Source of the DNA: Octopus sinensis
Lineage: Eukaryota
DNA: 64,000 bases
Assembly: GCF_006345805.1 (NCBI RefSeq)
Contig: NW_021837041.1
Coordinates: forward strand, 9,872 to 73,871
Direction: 5' to 3'
Under the pieces are notes generated by a model. It was not told the DNA's origin. It searched no databases and saw only the letters and a program-made list of their open reading frames with translations. Below are positions 23,294-36,100 of the stretch, one piece after another (the first letter of the stretch is position 1; every line of letters starts with the position of its first letter). Made by a program: the position numbers and the translations under genes.

Positions 23294-25786
23294 ATGATTG
23301 AATGGCTGAAAATTAAAGAAACCAGCATGGATGAGCGTGATACACTTCCTAAAATCCGCAACTCTAACCAAAACATGAAAATAATTGGTAAAATCCGGCT
23401 TGCACTTAAGGATATAATTTCAGTTAATGATGTTGATATCACAAACCTCAACCACCTATACTATGCATCCGCGAAAATCTCAACGATCCTATGTGGTGTA
23501 AAGATTAGAAAACGGCAACAGTCCCACAAAAAGCCTTCTTGGCAAGAGCGTCTGCAACAACAAATTAAAATATTTAGATCTGACATTGAATATTTGAAAA
23601 ACCTTAAGGCTCACAAGATTACCAAACCTACAAAAACCCAAAAATTACTGAAAAAATACAATATGAAAACTATACTTGATATTGATGCCACCATAGAAAC
23701 CATCAAACAAAAGGTATCTGCCAAAGCTGCCCGCATAGCGAGGTATGAAAAGCGTGTTAGATTTTTCAAGGACAACAACATGTTCAAAAATAACACCAAG
23801 AATTTTTACAGGAAGATAGGAAAAACAGCGTTTACTGCAGGGTCTGTACCATCAAAAGAAGAAGTGCAGAGATTTTGGAATAAAATCTGGGCAGAAGAAA
23901 AAACACACAACGAAAAGGCCCCCTGGATTGACAGAATATCTACAGAACTGGACCCCTTAGAAGAGCAAAAGTGGGAGGGTGTCAAGGTAGAAGATATAAG
24001 ATCTGCTCTCAGGAGGTCAAGCAAATGGAAGTCTCCAGGAAAGGATAAAATTCCTAACTTCTGGCTGAATGCCTTCCCAGAGAGCCATGAACTGCTAACA
24101 GAACTGTACAATGATGTTTTGCAACACCCTAGTAGGATGCCTCCTTGGCTAGTTAATGGGTTAACATTCCTGCTTCCAAAAAGTGAAGAAACAAATGAAC
24201 CAAAAAACTATAGACCCATAACCTGCTTAACAACTATGTACAAAACACTAACATCTGTCCTGACGGAATATACCTATAGTTTTTTAACAGACAGCAGCAT
24301 ATTCCCTAATGAACAGAAAGGATGTAAACGTGGATCCTACGGCTGTAAAGACCAACTACTCATCAATAAGATGATCTTAGAAGATTGTCACAAACGACAC
24401 AAAAACTTATCAATAGCCTGGATAGACTATAAAAAGGCTTTTGATAGCCTACCACATAGCTGGATTAGGAAATGCCTTGAAATGTATAAGATAGCACCAA
24501 CTCTGCGAAACTTCTTGACTGTAAGTATGAGATCATGGAGAACCACACTAACTCTGAACAGTGACAGTGAATCCCTAAATGCTGGTGATGTAAAAATTTC
24601 GTGTGGCATTTTCCAGGGTGACTCACTGTCACCACTCCTCTTTTGTTTATCCTTAATACCTCTCTCAAAGCTGCTCAATGACGCGCAGTACGGGTATAAA
24701 ATGTTTGATAAAAATATAAATCATCTCGTTTACATGGATGATTTAAAGCTTTTTGCAAAAAATGATCAACAACTCAAGGGCTTACTAGCGATAGTCAAAC
24801 AATTCAGTGACGACATCAGAATGCAATTCGGCCTCGATAAATGTGCAAAGGCTACCTTTATCAAAGGAAAAATGACAGAAACATCTAACGTTAACCTTGA
24901 CCAACAGAATGTCATAAAAGAACTAGACCCAGCGGAGAGCTACAAGTACCTAGGGATAATTGAAGGGAACGGAATAAGGCATTCAGAGATGAAGGAAAGG
25001 ATCAGGAGAGAATGCTATCGAAGAGTGAGAGCAATACTCAAGACAGAGCTGAATGCAAGAAACAGGATCGAAGCAATCAATGCATTAGCTATACCAGTCG
25101 TGACTTACAGTTTCAATATTGTTAACTGGTCAATTACTGAAATATGTCAGCTCGACAGAAAAATAAGGAAACTGTTGACAATGCATAGAATGCACCACCC
25201 TAAGGCAGATACAGAACGACTCTATCTGCCAAGAAAAGAGGGAGGCCGTGGTCTTTTGCAACTGGCAATAACAATGAAGATTGCTACAATTGGCCTAGAC
25301 ACCTACCTGAAAAACTCTGAGGACTGGATGCTAAAACTTGTCTCAAAACATGAAAACAAGAAAGCATCATACTCAGTCACAAAACAGGCAAAGGAATATC
25401 TAAGTGAATTCCGAATACAACCAATTTCGGAATTAGAGATAGATATACAAGAAACAAGCACAGAAAAAGCTAGGCGCATGAAAACCCGTGCCAAAACTGC
25501 GGCCTTAGATATTCTGAATAATAAATGGCAAGAAAAACCTCTCTATGGCAAATACCCAAAGAGAGCGAATAATGCAGATATCGACAAAGCCCTGACCCAT
25601 CAATGGCTAATGGCCTCTGGCTTAAAATCTGAAACAGAGGGGTTTATCATAGCAGCTCAAGATCAATGCCTACCAACAAGAAACTACCAGGCCAACATAT
25701 TAAAGATCAGAAGCAGTCCAACGTGTCGTGTATGCAGCAACAAAATGAAACCATTGACCATGTGGTCTCCAAGTGCAGTCTTCTAG
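23294..25786 (+). CDS. R4/Dong ORF, reverse transcriptase segment
   Basis: KSPGKDKIPNFWL, NYRPITCL, EQKG, WIDYKKAFDSLPH, GIFQGDSLSPLLF, HLVYMDDLKLF, FGLDKC, YKYLG. It shifts out of frame after TCRVC at about 25735. Confidence 0.93.
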   Translation: MIEWLKIKETSMDERDTLPKIRNSNQNMKIIGKIRLALKDIISVNDVDITNLNHLYYASAKISTILCGVKIRKRQQSHKKPSWQERLQQQIKIFRSDIEYLKNLKAHKITKPTKTQKLLKKYNMKTILDIDATIETIKQKVSAKAARIARYEKRVRFFKDNNMFKNNTKNFYRKIGKTAFTAGSVPSKEEVQRFWNKIWAEEKTHNEKAPWIDRISTELDPLEEQKWEGVKVEDIRSALRRSSKWKSPGKDKIPNFWLNAFPESHELLTELYNDVLQHPSRMPPWLVNGLTFLLPKSEETNEPKNYRPITCLTTMYKTLTSVLTEYTYSFLTDSSIFPNEQKGCKRGSYGCKDQLLINKMILEDCHKRHKNLSIAWIDYKKAFDSLPHSWIRKCLEMYKIAPTLRNFLTVSMRSWRTTLTLNSDSESLNAGDVKISCGIFQGDSLSPLLFCLSLIPLSKLLNDAQYGYKMFDKNINHLVYMDDLKLFAKNDQQLKGLLAIVKQFSDDIRMQFGLDKCAKATFIKGKMTETSNVNLDQQNVIKELDPAESYKYLGIIEGNGIRHSEMKERIRRECYRRVRAILKTELNARNRIEAINALAIPVVTYSFNIVNWSITEICQLDRKIRKLLTMHRMHHPKADTERLYLPRKEGGRGLLQLAITMKIATIGLDTYLKNSEDWMLKLVSKHENKKASYSVTKQAKEYLSEFRIQPISELEIDIQETSTEKARRMKTRAKTAALDILNNKWQEKPLYGKYPKRANNADIDKALTHQWLMASGLKSETEGFIIAAQDQCLPTRNYQANILKIRSSPTCRVCSNKMKPLTMWSPSAVF

Positions 25787-26289
25787 CGCCTACAGAGTAT
25801 CTCAACAGGCACGATAGAGCTGCACAATATATTCACTGGGTAATCTGTAAAAACCTGGATTTGCCCCATGAAAAAAACTGGTGGGAACACAAACCACCCC
25901 CAGTGCTTGAAAATGACCACATCTCACTCCTCTGGAACTTCACCATTCAAACTGACAGGAATATAGATGCAAATAGGCCAGACATCATATTGAAAAACTT
26001 CAAACAAAGAACATGCCTCCTCATTGATATGACTGTCCCAATCGATATAAACGTATCTGTCAAGACCTACCAAAAACTGAGCAAATATAAAGATCTTGAA
26101 ATAGAAATCAGCAAAATGTGGAAGCTGAAGACTAAAACAATACCTGTTGTCATAGGTGCCCTGGGAATGATAGCAAAAGGGGCTGATAGCTACCTAACTC
26201 AGATACCAGGAAACCCAAAAATGGCAGAAGTTCAAAAGATAGTGCTCATGGGAACTGCTCATATCCTACGCAAAATACTCTCTATGTAA
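25666..26289 (+). CDS. R4/Dong ORF, C-terminal CCHC + restriction-like endonuclease segment
   Basis: (CRVC)QQQNETIDHVVSKC, RHD, NRPDIIL, LIDMTVP, KLSKYKDL, PVVIGALG. Confidence 0.9.
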   Translation: MPTNKKLPGQHIKDQKQSNVSCMQQQNETIDHVVSKCSLLAPTEYLNRHDRAAQYIHWVICKNLDLPHEKNWWEHKPPPVLENDHISLLWNFTIQTDRNIDANRPDIILKNFKQRTCLLIDMTVPIDINVSVKTYQKLSKYKDLEIEISKMWKLKTKTIPVVIGALGMIAKGADSYLTQIPGNPKMAEVQKIVLMGTAHILRKILSM

Positions 26290-26534
26290 TCTCAAGGTTT
26301 AAAACAAACATAATTTTCGGTTTAAAAAAAAAAAAAAAAAAAAAAACCTTTTTTTTTAATTTTTTTTTTAGACATTCATTAGTACAACATCCCCACCCCC
26401 CAAATATATGGCACACTAGGCATAACAACAACATGAACTTCCAACCCTGTTGTCTCTTGAGGTCTCTGGGTGAGACTTGGAGCCAACTTGTACAAATATA
26501 AAGCAAAAGTCAAACATAGAATAATAATATAATA

Positions 26535-26607
<73 letters not shown>

Positions 26608-27591
26608 TAATACTAATAATAATATAATATAATAATAATAAAAAATAAAATACAACAACATATAAGGTAGTAATCCACCTTCAGCAAATAACGAGAACTG
26701 TTCAGAAACATAAGCCAATCCGAAATTTCAGACATACGGACTTCCACTGTACATTATGGAAGCTCTCTGCTTTTGATTAGAATAAATTTTTTTTAATCTT
26801 TTTTTTAAACTTATATATATATATATAATTTTTTTTTTCAAATTTCTTTCTTTCGAAATGATTATCTAATATTGAATATAAGATAAAATAAAACAGCAAC
26901 AAACGGTAGCGGAATAGTAAATTAGCATATATAAGCAAAGAAATATAACAAGAAGAAAAAAAAAAAAGAACAAGAACAAGAACAAGAACAGAAGGATAAA
27001 AAAAAAACGAAAAAGAAAGACAACAAGAATATCGCATCAGTTATCTCTTAAATCCTATAACGTGTAAAAAACTTCAGCATTCGGAAATTAAAGTTGACGC
27101 AACTTTCTCAGATAGCTCTGATAACATTTCTGTAAGACTTCTCAGAAATGAAATAAAATTGGTTTAAGCAACTTTGACTGAAGCCGAATGCCATTCTTAA
27201 GTATATTATAAAGAATTTAACAATGAGATTGATTCGCTTCCACTCTACAGATGAGAGAAAAACATTGCTCTACTTTCTTTTCCAACACAAAGACGCTCTC
27301 ATACATTCATTCACTCACTCACTCACTCTTTCAATCTCTGTCTCTCCCCCTCTCTTTCACGCAAGATTTCCCCCTCCTCGTCACAATCTCCTTCTCTTTA
27401 ATTCTCTCTCTCTCTCTCTCTGTGTTTCTCTCTTTGTACTTATTTGTCTCTTCGGATTTACCTTCTTTACCGAAATACCAGCAGAGTGAGAATTACATTC
27501 TAATGCATGCAACAAACATACACACATATAAATCAACACACACACACAGACGTGTATATATATTATATATATATATATATATATAATATAT

Positions 27592-27634
<43 letters not shown>

Positions 27635-27725
27635 GTGTGTGTGTATATATTTATATATACACACACACACACACACACATACACACAAAAGCTCAAACGA
27701 TTATATGAGCCAAATTATCAAAACC

Positions 27726-27763
<38 letters not shown>

Positions 27764-28209
27764 ATGTATATGCTGTATGTATTTTGGAATTGTGATAAAA
27801 AAACTGATACATACATAGATACATTATACTTGTACACACACACACACACACACACGCATATATATATGTGTGCGTGTGTGTGTCTGTGTGTGTATCTGTG
27901 TCTGTGTGTATGCTGTATGTATTCTGGAATTGTAATAAAAACTATACCAAAACTGATACATATATGCATTATACTTGTACGCACACACACATGCACACAT
28001 GCACACATACACACACAAAAGCTTAAACGCTTATATGAATCAAATCATCAAAACCATACATAATCGCATTAACACAAGCATACACACACACATATACACA
28101 CACACATAAACACCTGCCATCTTACATATACACACTGACACGTACGTATATCTACACATAACTCATAATATGTATAAATACTTCGACACATACAACTGTA
28201 TATAAATGG

Positions 28210-28243
<34 letters not shown>

Positions 28244-28245
<2 letters not shown>

Positions 28246-28636
28246 TCTTTTACTCTTTTACTTGTTTGCCATGCTGGAGCACCGCCTTTAGTTGAGCAAA
28301 TCGACCCCGGGACTTATTCTTTGAAAGCCCAGTACTTATTCTATCAGTCTCTTTTGCCGAACCGCTAAGTGACGGGGACGTAAAAAAACCAGCATCGGTT
28401 GTCAAGCAATGCTAGGGGGACAAACACAGACACACAAATACGCACATACATATATATATATACATATATACGACAGGCTTCTTTCAGTTTCCGTTCTTCC
28501 AAATCCACTCACAAGGCATTGGTTGGCCCGGGGCTATAGCAGAAGACACTTGCCCAAGATGCCACGCAGTGGGACTGAACCCGGAACCATGTGGTTGGTT
28601 AGCAAACTACTTACCACACAGCCACTCCTGCACCTA
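28244..28636 (-). mobile_element. tRNA-derived SINE (family 1), full length
   Basis: Reverse strand aggtgcaggagtggctgtgtggtaag...gttccgggttcagtccc head, internal microsatellite and (AGAGTAAA)n-type tail. Confidence 0.9.
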
Positions 28637-28659
28637 TATATATATAAATGTATATGTAT

Positions 28660-28950
28660 ATACACTTTTACCCTCTTTTTACTCTTTTACACGTTTCAGT
28701 CATTTGACACCTGCGACCAGGCTGGAGCGCCGCATTTAATCGTAGAAATCGACCCCCAGGACTTATTCTTTGGAAGTGCTTATTCTATCGGGTTCTTTTG
28801 TCGAACCGCTAGGTGACGGGGACATAAACACACCAACCAAGCGATCGAGGGAGGGGGACAAATACAGACAGACAAATAAATATATACATACACATAAATA
28901 TATATATATATATATATATACACGACGGGCTTCTTTCTGTTTCCACTCAC
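28660..28950 (-). mobile_element. SINE family 1, 3' portion
   Basis: Diverged match to 28244-28480. Confidence 0.8.
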
Positions 28951-29000
28951 GAGCTCTATACTGTACTCTACTATGTTTTTGACAGAATATACCATATCTA

Positions 29001-29034
<34 letters not shown>

Positions 29035-29052
29035 TCTCTCTCTCTCTCTCTG

Positions 29053-29083
<31 letters not shown>

Positions 29084-29349
29084 TATAATACATTGGAATA
29101 AATAGACATACTAGAATGTTTACCGGCTGATGCTTGTCGATTTTGTATCCTCTCCACTTTCTTATTTGCCGTATAACTTAAGGGTAAATCACTTTTAACC
29201 CCGCCCATACACAACACTCAATTACGAGATTGCCAAGCAATAACCAGTACTTGGGTATGAATGATTGGGTATTCTACCAGCAGTATATTGGATAGGTACT
29301 ATCCCTTAGTAGGTTTCTCATCCTCTAACTCATACAGATACAAATATAT

Positions 29350-29750
29350 ACTGTCTTGGCCAAAAGTGTTAGGCCGCCCCAATGTTTTGGGGTTCTACTA
29401 TCCTAATGTTAATGAAACTTGTGCACATGTTAGATTATGGTATATTTCACAAAATTCATTAGTTTTAATATCTGTTTGACTCTCCTTTAGCACACAGTTA
29501 CAGCTTCTATACGGTTAGGCATTGAATCAACTAGTTTCTTGCATGTACTACGTGGAATTTTACTCCATTCTTCTCTCAACGTTTGGTACAAATGTTCTTT
29601 ATTGTTGTCTTCCTGATAGCTTCACCAAGAGTTCCCCTTAGGTCTTCAATTGGACTTAGATCAGGACTTTGAGCTGGACAGTCCGTGGGAACAATATTCT
29701 GCGTCTCAAACCATTGACGAGTATTCTTTGCTGTATGACATGGAATGTTT
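29350..29750 (-). mobile_element. Tc1-like transposon 3' remnant
   Basis: Reverse strand HTAKNTRQWFETQNIVPTDCPAQSPDLSPIEDL...KLVDSMPNRIEAV. The end TA-ctgtcttggccaaaagt resembles a Tc1 TIR. Confidence 0.8.
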
Positions 29751-29957
29751 TTGTTCCACGTACTTCTCGAGATTTTTGCTTATTGTTTCCAGGGCTTCGA
29801 CAATTATTGGTACTACTGCTACCTTTTTCATCGACCACAACTGCTTAACTTCCCAAGCTAACCTGTCATATCTCTCGACTTTTCTTTCTTCCTTAACGCA
29901 TACCTTGTTGTCAGCTGGGTAAGCTATGTCTATGATCCAGTATAATTTTTGTCCCGC
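29750..29957 (-). mobile_element. Dong/R4-like REL fragment (subfamily C)
   Basis: IIDIAYPADNKVCVKEERKVERYDRLAWEVKQLWSMKKVAVVPIIVEALETISKNLEKY, directly downstream of (AAT)n(AAG)n. Confidence 0.85.
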
Positions 29958-30006
29958 TTCTTCTTCTTCTTCTTCTTCTTCTCTTCTTCTTCTTCTTCTT
30001 CTTCTT

Positions 30007-30037
<31 letters not shown>

Positions 30038-30055
30038 TTATTATTATTATTATTA

Positions 30056-30129
30056 TGTAGGTCACTGCCTGGAATTGAACTCGGAATCATGGGGTTATTA
30101 TCCGCACTCTTAACCACTACGCCATATGC
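30056..30129 (-). mobile_element. tRNA-derived head of the hammerhead-SINE family (tail replaced by an R4 fragment)
   Basis: Reverse strand gcatatggcgtagtggttaagagtgcgg...gagttcaattccaggcagtgacc followed by (AAT)n. Same head as 30181 and 58683. Confidence 0.8.
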
Positions 30130-30180
30130 ACATAGGCATTAGGTTTATAAGCCTTAAATTCACTCCATAATTGCCCACGG

Positions 30181-30419
30181 GCATATGGCGTAGTGGTTAA
30201 GAGTGCAGGCTACTAACCCCAAGATTCCGAGTTCGAATAATGATAATAATAATAATAATAATAATAACAACATCGAAAAATATCTTAGGAATGAGAACCT
30301 AGGTTCGAAATTTCCCCATGACACCTGATGGAAGCTGGGGGGTATATCAGCTGAAACGTTGTGTTAACAACAAACAAGATGAGGACAAATATCCATCAGA
30401 TGTAAATAATGTAAATAAT
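30181..30419 (+). mobile_element. tRNA head + (AAT)n + hammerhead/pLTR tail SINE (HHR core mutated, CTGATGG)
   Basis: A box TGGCGTAGTGG, B box GAGTTCGA, (AAT)n, then ACAC-CTGATGG-A-AGCTG..CAGCT-GAAA-CGT-T-GTGT at 30321-30364. Confidence 0.8.
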
Positions 30420-30840
30420 ATTAAACTATGAAACCCTGAAATATTATTAAACACAGACACCACATTGGTTGATTTATTTGTAATGTAGATCTTTTTATGC
30501 GTGATTTTAGTAGAGACCACTGACTTGTATTACCCGTACAGACTTCTTAACGAAATAGTAGTTATATGCGTAAGTAATCTAACCATCCGAAAAAATATAT
30601 TAAGTAATACTCGTGAATAAAACTTTAATCAACTGCCGAGCTATTATCATGCTGTTCTCCATGAACGTTGGCTCAAAGAATAAAAAGTTTTGAATTGAAC
30701 TTCAGCAGACCATTCAAATTAAACAACTAACCTCCCCCCCCCCACACACACGTCTGATGTTCCAATTTTCAATATAATGTAGAAGTCGAGTCATTTTTTG
30801 AGGAAATGATTCTACAATTCTTTAAAAATATTTTTATCAA

Positions 30841-31006
30841 CTAAGGTGCAGGAGTGGCTGTAAGGTAAGTAGCTTGCTTACCAACCATATGGTTCCGGGT
30901 TCAGTCCCATTGTGTGGCACCGTGGGCAAGTGTCTTCCACTATAGCCTCGGGTTGACCAAAGCCTTGTGAATGGATTTGGTAGACTGAAACTGAAAGAAG
31001 CCCATC

Positions 31007-31066
<60 letters not shown>

Positions 31067-31265
31067 TTGTGTGTCTCTGTTCCCCCAACATCGCCTGACA
31101 ACCGATGCTGGTGTGTTTATGTCCCCGTAACATAGCGGTTCGGCAAAAATGACCGATAAAATAAGTACTAGGTTTACAAAGAACAAGTCCTGGGGTCGAT
31201 TTGCTCGACTAAAGGTGGTGCTCCAGCATGGCCTCAGTCAAGTGACTGAAACGAATAAATGAATA
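30841..31265 (+). mobile_element. SINE family 1, full length
   Basis: Same head, body and tail as 28244-28636. Confidence 0.9.
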
Positions 31266-31391
31266 TAAGTAGTATAGATTTTTTCTAATATATTACGCTG
31301 TCACACATGAAATGTCGTATTTGAAAGGTAACAAATAAATGTTTCAAAAGTATTAGAGATCTGATTTAATTAATCAAAGTATTTATGACCT

Positions 31392-32345
31392 TTACCCAAT
31401 GTAATATATTCCATCTATAAAAATTGTTTCATCTTTTGCTGTAATAAACTGTCCGAATGCATCAATTACCTCTTCTCTATTTAAGAATGATATATTGCGT
31501 ATGAAAAGCTCGAAATGCTTAAATAAGTGATAATCAGAAGGAGAGAAGTCAGCGGGGTAGGAAGGATGTTGCAAGATCTCATAATTCAGGCTTTGCCACT
31601 TTTGGACACTGGCTTGAGGAGTGTGAGGACATGTATTGTCATGGAGCAAAATTGGGCCATCTCTATTCACTAGTCTGGGTTGCTTCTTTTTCAAATTCCC
31701 ACGCATAAAATCAATTTCCTGGCAATACGATGTTTCTGTTACCGTTTTTCCTTGTCGCAAAAATGAATAATGAATAACTCCCTTCGCAGACCACCATACA
31801 GTGACCACTAACTTTTTAGGGTGCAATGGTGTGTTTGGGTAGTGTTTAGGTGACTCTCCTGCATCTAATCACTCTCCTGTTCTCCTGCTCTTGTCAAAGA
31901 GTAACCATTTCTCATCACAAGTAATGATTTGATGCAAAAATGGTCTTTTTCCAGTCAAGAAAGCAATAAAGAACACACTTCGAGGAGTCTGTTCTTTTTG
32001 TTTTGTTTTTTTACCCATGTTCAGTTGATGTGGAACGAACCTGTCTGTTTTCTTGACTCTTCTAATTTTTTACAGGTATCCAAAAAAAGGTGTTCTGATG
32101 AAAGTTTTCGAACCTTTGTTCTCGGATTTTGCTCAAATAAAGCATTTAATCCATCATGTCGAATAACTGATTTTGGCCTACCCCTTGGTTTATTTTCAAG
32201 GCTATCATCTGAATAGGATCTTTGGAACCATCTCTGAACAGGTCAGATGTCAACAAACCCATTACCAAAGGCTCGCTTGATCTCCTGCGGCAGAGTGACC
32301 CGGTTTGTACTCATACAAGAAAGTCTGTCATAATTGTTTGGTTGC
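31392..32345 (-). pseudogene. Mariner (DD34D-type) transposase pseudogene
   Basis: SLENKPRGRPKSV, IITCDEKW, LHPKKLVVTVWWSAKGVIHY, LLHDN, HPSYPADFSPSDYHLF. Stops and frameshifts are present. Confidence 0.9.
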
Positions 32346-32504
32346 TATTATTTTCATAACGTACGAATATTTTATACCAATATTGTTGGGAAAGAGAACG
32401 AGTCAAGATTAAATGCAAGGGTATACATAATTGAGTTTTTAAATACCCGAAATAACAAGTAATTAAAAATGCGATATTTCATGTGTGACAACCTAATACA
32501 AGAT

Positions 32505-33170
32505 GCATTCCAGAAGTTTTGAGACATTTTTAGGAGAGGCCCCAAAAACTGTCATGGATAATTGTAATTTTAGGATATCATTACCATTCATCTAATGAAT
32601 TGATCTGCACACTTTTGATATTCCAGATCGAAGGACACAGTTGAAACTGTACTTTAAACACACCTTACTAAACACTACCTGTCAGAGCTGATTAGTTTGC
32701 AGAATGCAGTCGGCACCTGAAGACAATTTCGAAGCTCGCCATGCAGTGCTCCAAACTTCTTATGGGTTAAAGCACCGAGCATCTATTTTTCGTTTGTACA
32801 AAAGACCAGGCAAAGCAAGTCCACTGAGGAGAAGATGGGAGGGGGGGGCTTTTTCAGAAATAAGAGAACCATCTACGTCCACTGTGTTCTTTCTGAGCAG
32901 ATGGACAACAAAAAATACTTTGTGGAGATTTTTAGGACGGTCAGGAAGAGATTTCGTCGCCAAATGCCAGAGTATGTGCACAGGGACAGGGCACCAGTCC
33001 ACAATTCCATCTGGCAACCAACTACTTGACAGAGAGGGGCATCAAAACTGTACCTCACTTTTCCTGCAGCACAGACTGACCTCCGCTCCATATCTGCTGT
33101 TCTAATTTGCAATATAATCTAGAAGTCGAGTAATTTTTTGCTGAAATCATTCTACAGTTTTACAATTCAT
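32505..33170 (+). mobile_element. Second mariner-family remnant
   Basis: NKKYFVEIFRTVRKRFRRQMP..HRDRAPVHNSI..YLTERGIKTVPH. The 5' end caagatgcattccagaagttttgagac resembles a mariner TIR. Confidence 0.7.
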
Positions 33171-36100
33171 CAACTAAGGCGCAGGAGTGGCTGTGTGGTA
33201 AGTGGTTTGCTTACCCATGAATCTCCGTTGTCAGTGTGCGCATGTGTCAGTGTGTTGTGCACTGAAGAAGACAGCCGGGAGTGTTTAGCCTGCCAAAAGA
33301 AGCTGCTGCGAGGTAAGACTTTTCTCTTGGACCCAGTGAGGGTCGTTGTCTGTGCTTGCATTTTTTACAAACAAGGAGTCCTCACTTTCTGTGACTTTTG
33401 CTTCTCTATGCTGAAGAAATTTATAGAAGCTGGGATAAGGGTTCGATATACCTTCAATTTAGAGGACTTCTCTGGGCCTTCACACAATGGCTGAGGCGCA
33501 ACAACATGTGCATTGAAGTCAGATAATCTTATTTTGAAGCAGATTAAAGTTGTGTGCTTCTTAAATTAATAAATGTCTCTCTTGAAATAGTCTGAAATAC
33601 CTGTAATGCACCTCGAATATTTTCTTAAGATTTAATATTACACAATACTAAATCTTATACAAACTCTTGTTTCTTGCAAACAGGTTGAAATTTAATTAAC
33701 AAGTCCTACCGCTACCATAATTTTAAACTCTAATTGCAAAAACTATAACAACTGTTCCTTAAATTCTAATTATTTAGCGAACAATAAGTGTGCTACTGTG
33801 AAGTAAAGCTTGGAAATTTTACGAGAGAATACATGAGCTTTACTGCTAACATCCTTAAGTCTCTATATAATTAGTATGCTTTTGAGCCTTTTATTCGAAA
33901 ATAACAAAAAAAACAAACTTTATATTTATTTTATGGAATCTAGTCATATTTGCGAATTAAAGAAATTCTGCAACATATTCTAACTCTAAGAAGAAATACG
34001 TTCCTTACACCGAAAATACAACACCGTGCAATTTCTGGCGTGAAAACCCTTACAAAATCCTGTTTGCGAAGGTTTGTATACTTAACAGATATTCGGAAAG
34101 GGATGTGCCCTGCCATGATAATATTTTCATGCTAATAAATACTTTCAGTTATTTTCTTATTCCCATAGAAAAGTATACGCGATATAAATACTTACCACAT
34201 TTTAATTAAGACAATTACTATCCTAGAAAGGTGTCACATTGATATATATCATTTTGCTGGGATAAACTTAATTATCATTATAGTTTTCACCTGTATTTGA
34301 AACTAGATTTCTTTACAGAATGATTCTGGTGCTATCAAAATTTTTTGTACATCTCATAAATTGTGCCTAAACTACAAACGTTACCTTAGCCAATTCCTAT
34401 CAATATATCCGTTTATCGGTATATTCATCTCTATTTCTTTCAGTTTTGCACACTGAAAGTCGCTTTGCAACTTTTGACTCATATTTAAATTCGAATTTGT
34501 ATCTCACCAAAAAAAAAAAACCCCTTCTTTGGGAATTTGATAAATAGTGTGTTTCCTTCTCTACTTATCATTCTATCCATTAACACACGAATTTTAACCG
34601 TCATTGAAATTAAGAAGAGCACATGAAAATACGATTATTAATTAATGTAATCACGCATAGCCGTATGAGGATAGCGTCTAAATTAAATGGGAACAAGAAT
34701 ATAACAAATATTTATATACTGAAAAAAAAAATATTGAAAATATTTGTGTTTCATGAAAAGGTTGTCATGGCACAAAGCATTTTTTCTAAATATTTGTTGC
34801 GTATAGAAACCTTAGCGAACTGGATTTCATAGACCTCTTTACATCAGAGATTGCATGGTCTTCTATTTTCGATGTGAGAATTAGTTTTAGCAGCAAATTT
34901 CCAGCTAAATCACGGTATGCAAGTCCGTCCGATTACTGCACTATCCAAGCTCGAAAATTGAAGTAACTGACGTATAACACATGTATTCATCAAATTATAC
35001 GTAACTCTTGTTAGAATGAGGACTTTTGCCGATCCTAAATGCAAGCGGGCGGTAAAACGCGAATACTGTAAAGAAAGGAAAATAAATTGGCAGAAAACAA
35101 CGAAAGAATCTCTTTGTTAGCTGTTGATTTAAATCAAAGAAGTTTCGATATCTTCTGACAGAATCTCACGCCCAGCTGTGTCGGCAGGTTCCATGAAAGT
35201 TCGTGGGAATTCTACAGGTAGGCACAAGAATAGGACAAAAACCAAAAACAGAAAAAAAAAAAAAAAGGAAAGCCAAATATGATAAACTCTGTCCAAAATT
35301 AGGCGGAAGAATAAGGAAAAGAATGGAGAAGATAAACAAATGGGATATAAATGTTTTCTAGTCCGTTACAAAAGAATAACACATTGTTTATAAATAGAAA
35401 CGTATATTAATTCAATTGAAAGTTTTGTTTTTTATGTATTCTTTCTAAAATGATACAAATGAAATATACTGCCGCATAAATGAATTCCAGGTGGTCAAAT
35501 TACCTCAAAACATACTTGGGGTTGCCACTGCAATTAACAAGTAAATTAACAGGTATCTGAATCTCTTTCCATTACAGGTATCAGTTTAATTATTAAGCAA
35601 ATTAAATTTAAGAGTTATCTTCCTTTGTTTTCATTGACAAATATTCTCATTAAAGTTAATTACTTATCTTTTCATTTATTTCGTTTGAATTGGTTTAATT
35701 TGAATTGATTAAAAAAAAATATCCTTAGCGTATTTCACTCAGTATGGTAACCTGCACTTAACTGTATGATTTTCTTACTGAAGATACCCTTGAGAACTTT
35801 CCTAATATGTATATTACAACACACAGCAATACATCTTTAGATAAATTGCTGAAAGTGTTCGATTATATTGAGCTGGTAATAAAGATATCTGGGAAGAATC
35901 CATTTAATTGATAAGTGATTGAGCAATGATTAGCAGAATACGCCGAAAATCCATATTAAAAACGTAGGCGTGTGGCACACATCAACAACACACAGAATAC
36001 AGCAATACCAGGAGGCATTGCACGTATATTACGTAAATTACTTTCAATACAGCAGCAAGATACAGAAACAAATATAACGAGAGTGTACGGACCCAAGGCA

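Larger units (their letters stand above)
22473..26520 (+). mobile_element. Near full-length Dong/R4-clade REL non-LTR retrotransposon
   Basis: A single long ORF split by two 1-nt frameshifts, a 3' UTR at 26290-26520, then an (AAT)n tail. The 5' end abuts an A-run and the true 5' boundary is uncertain. Confidence 0.93.
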
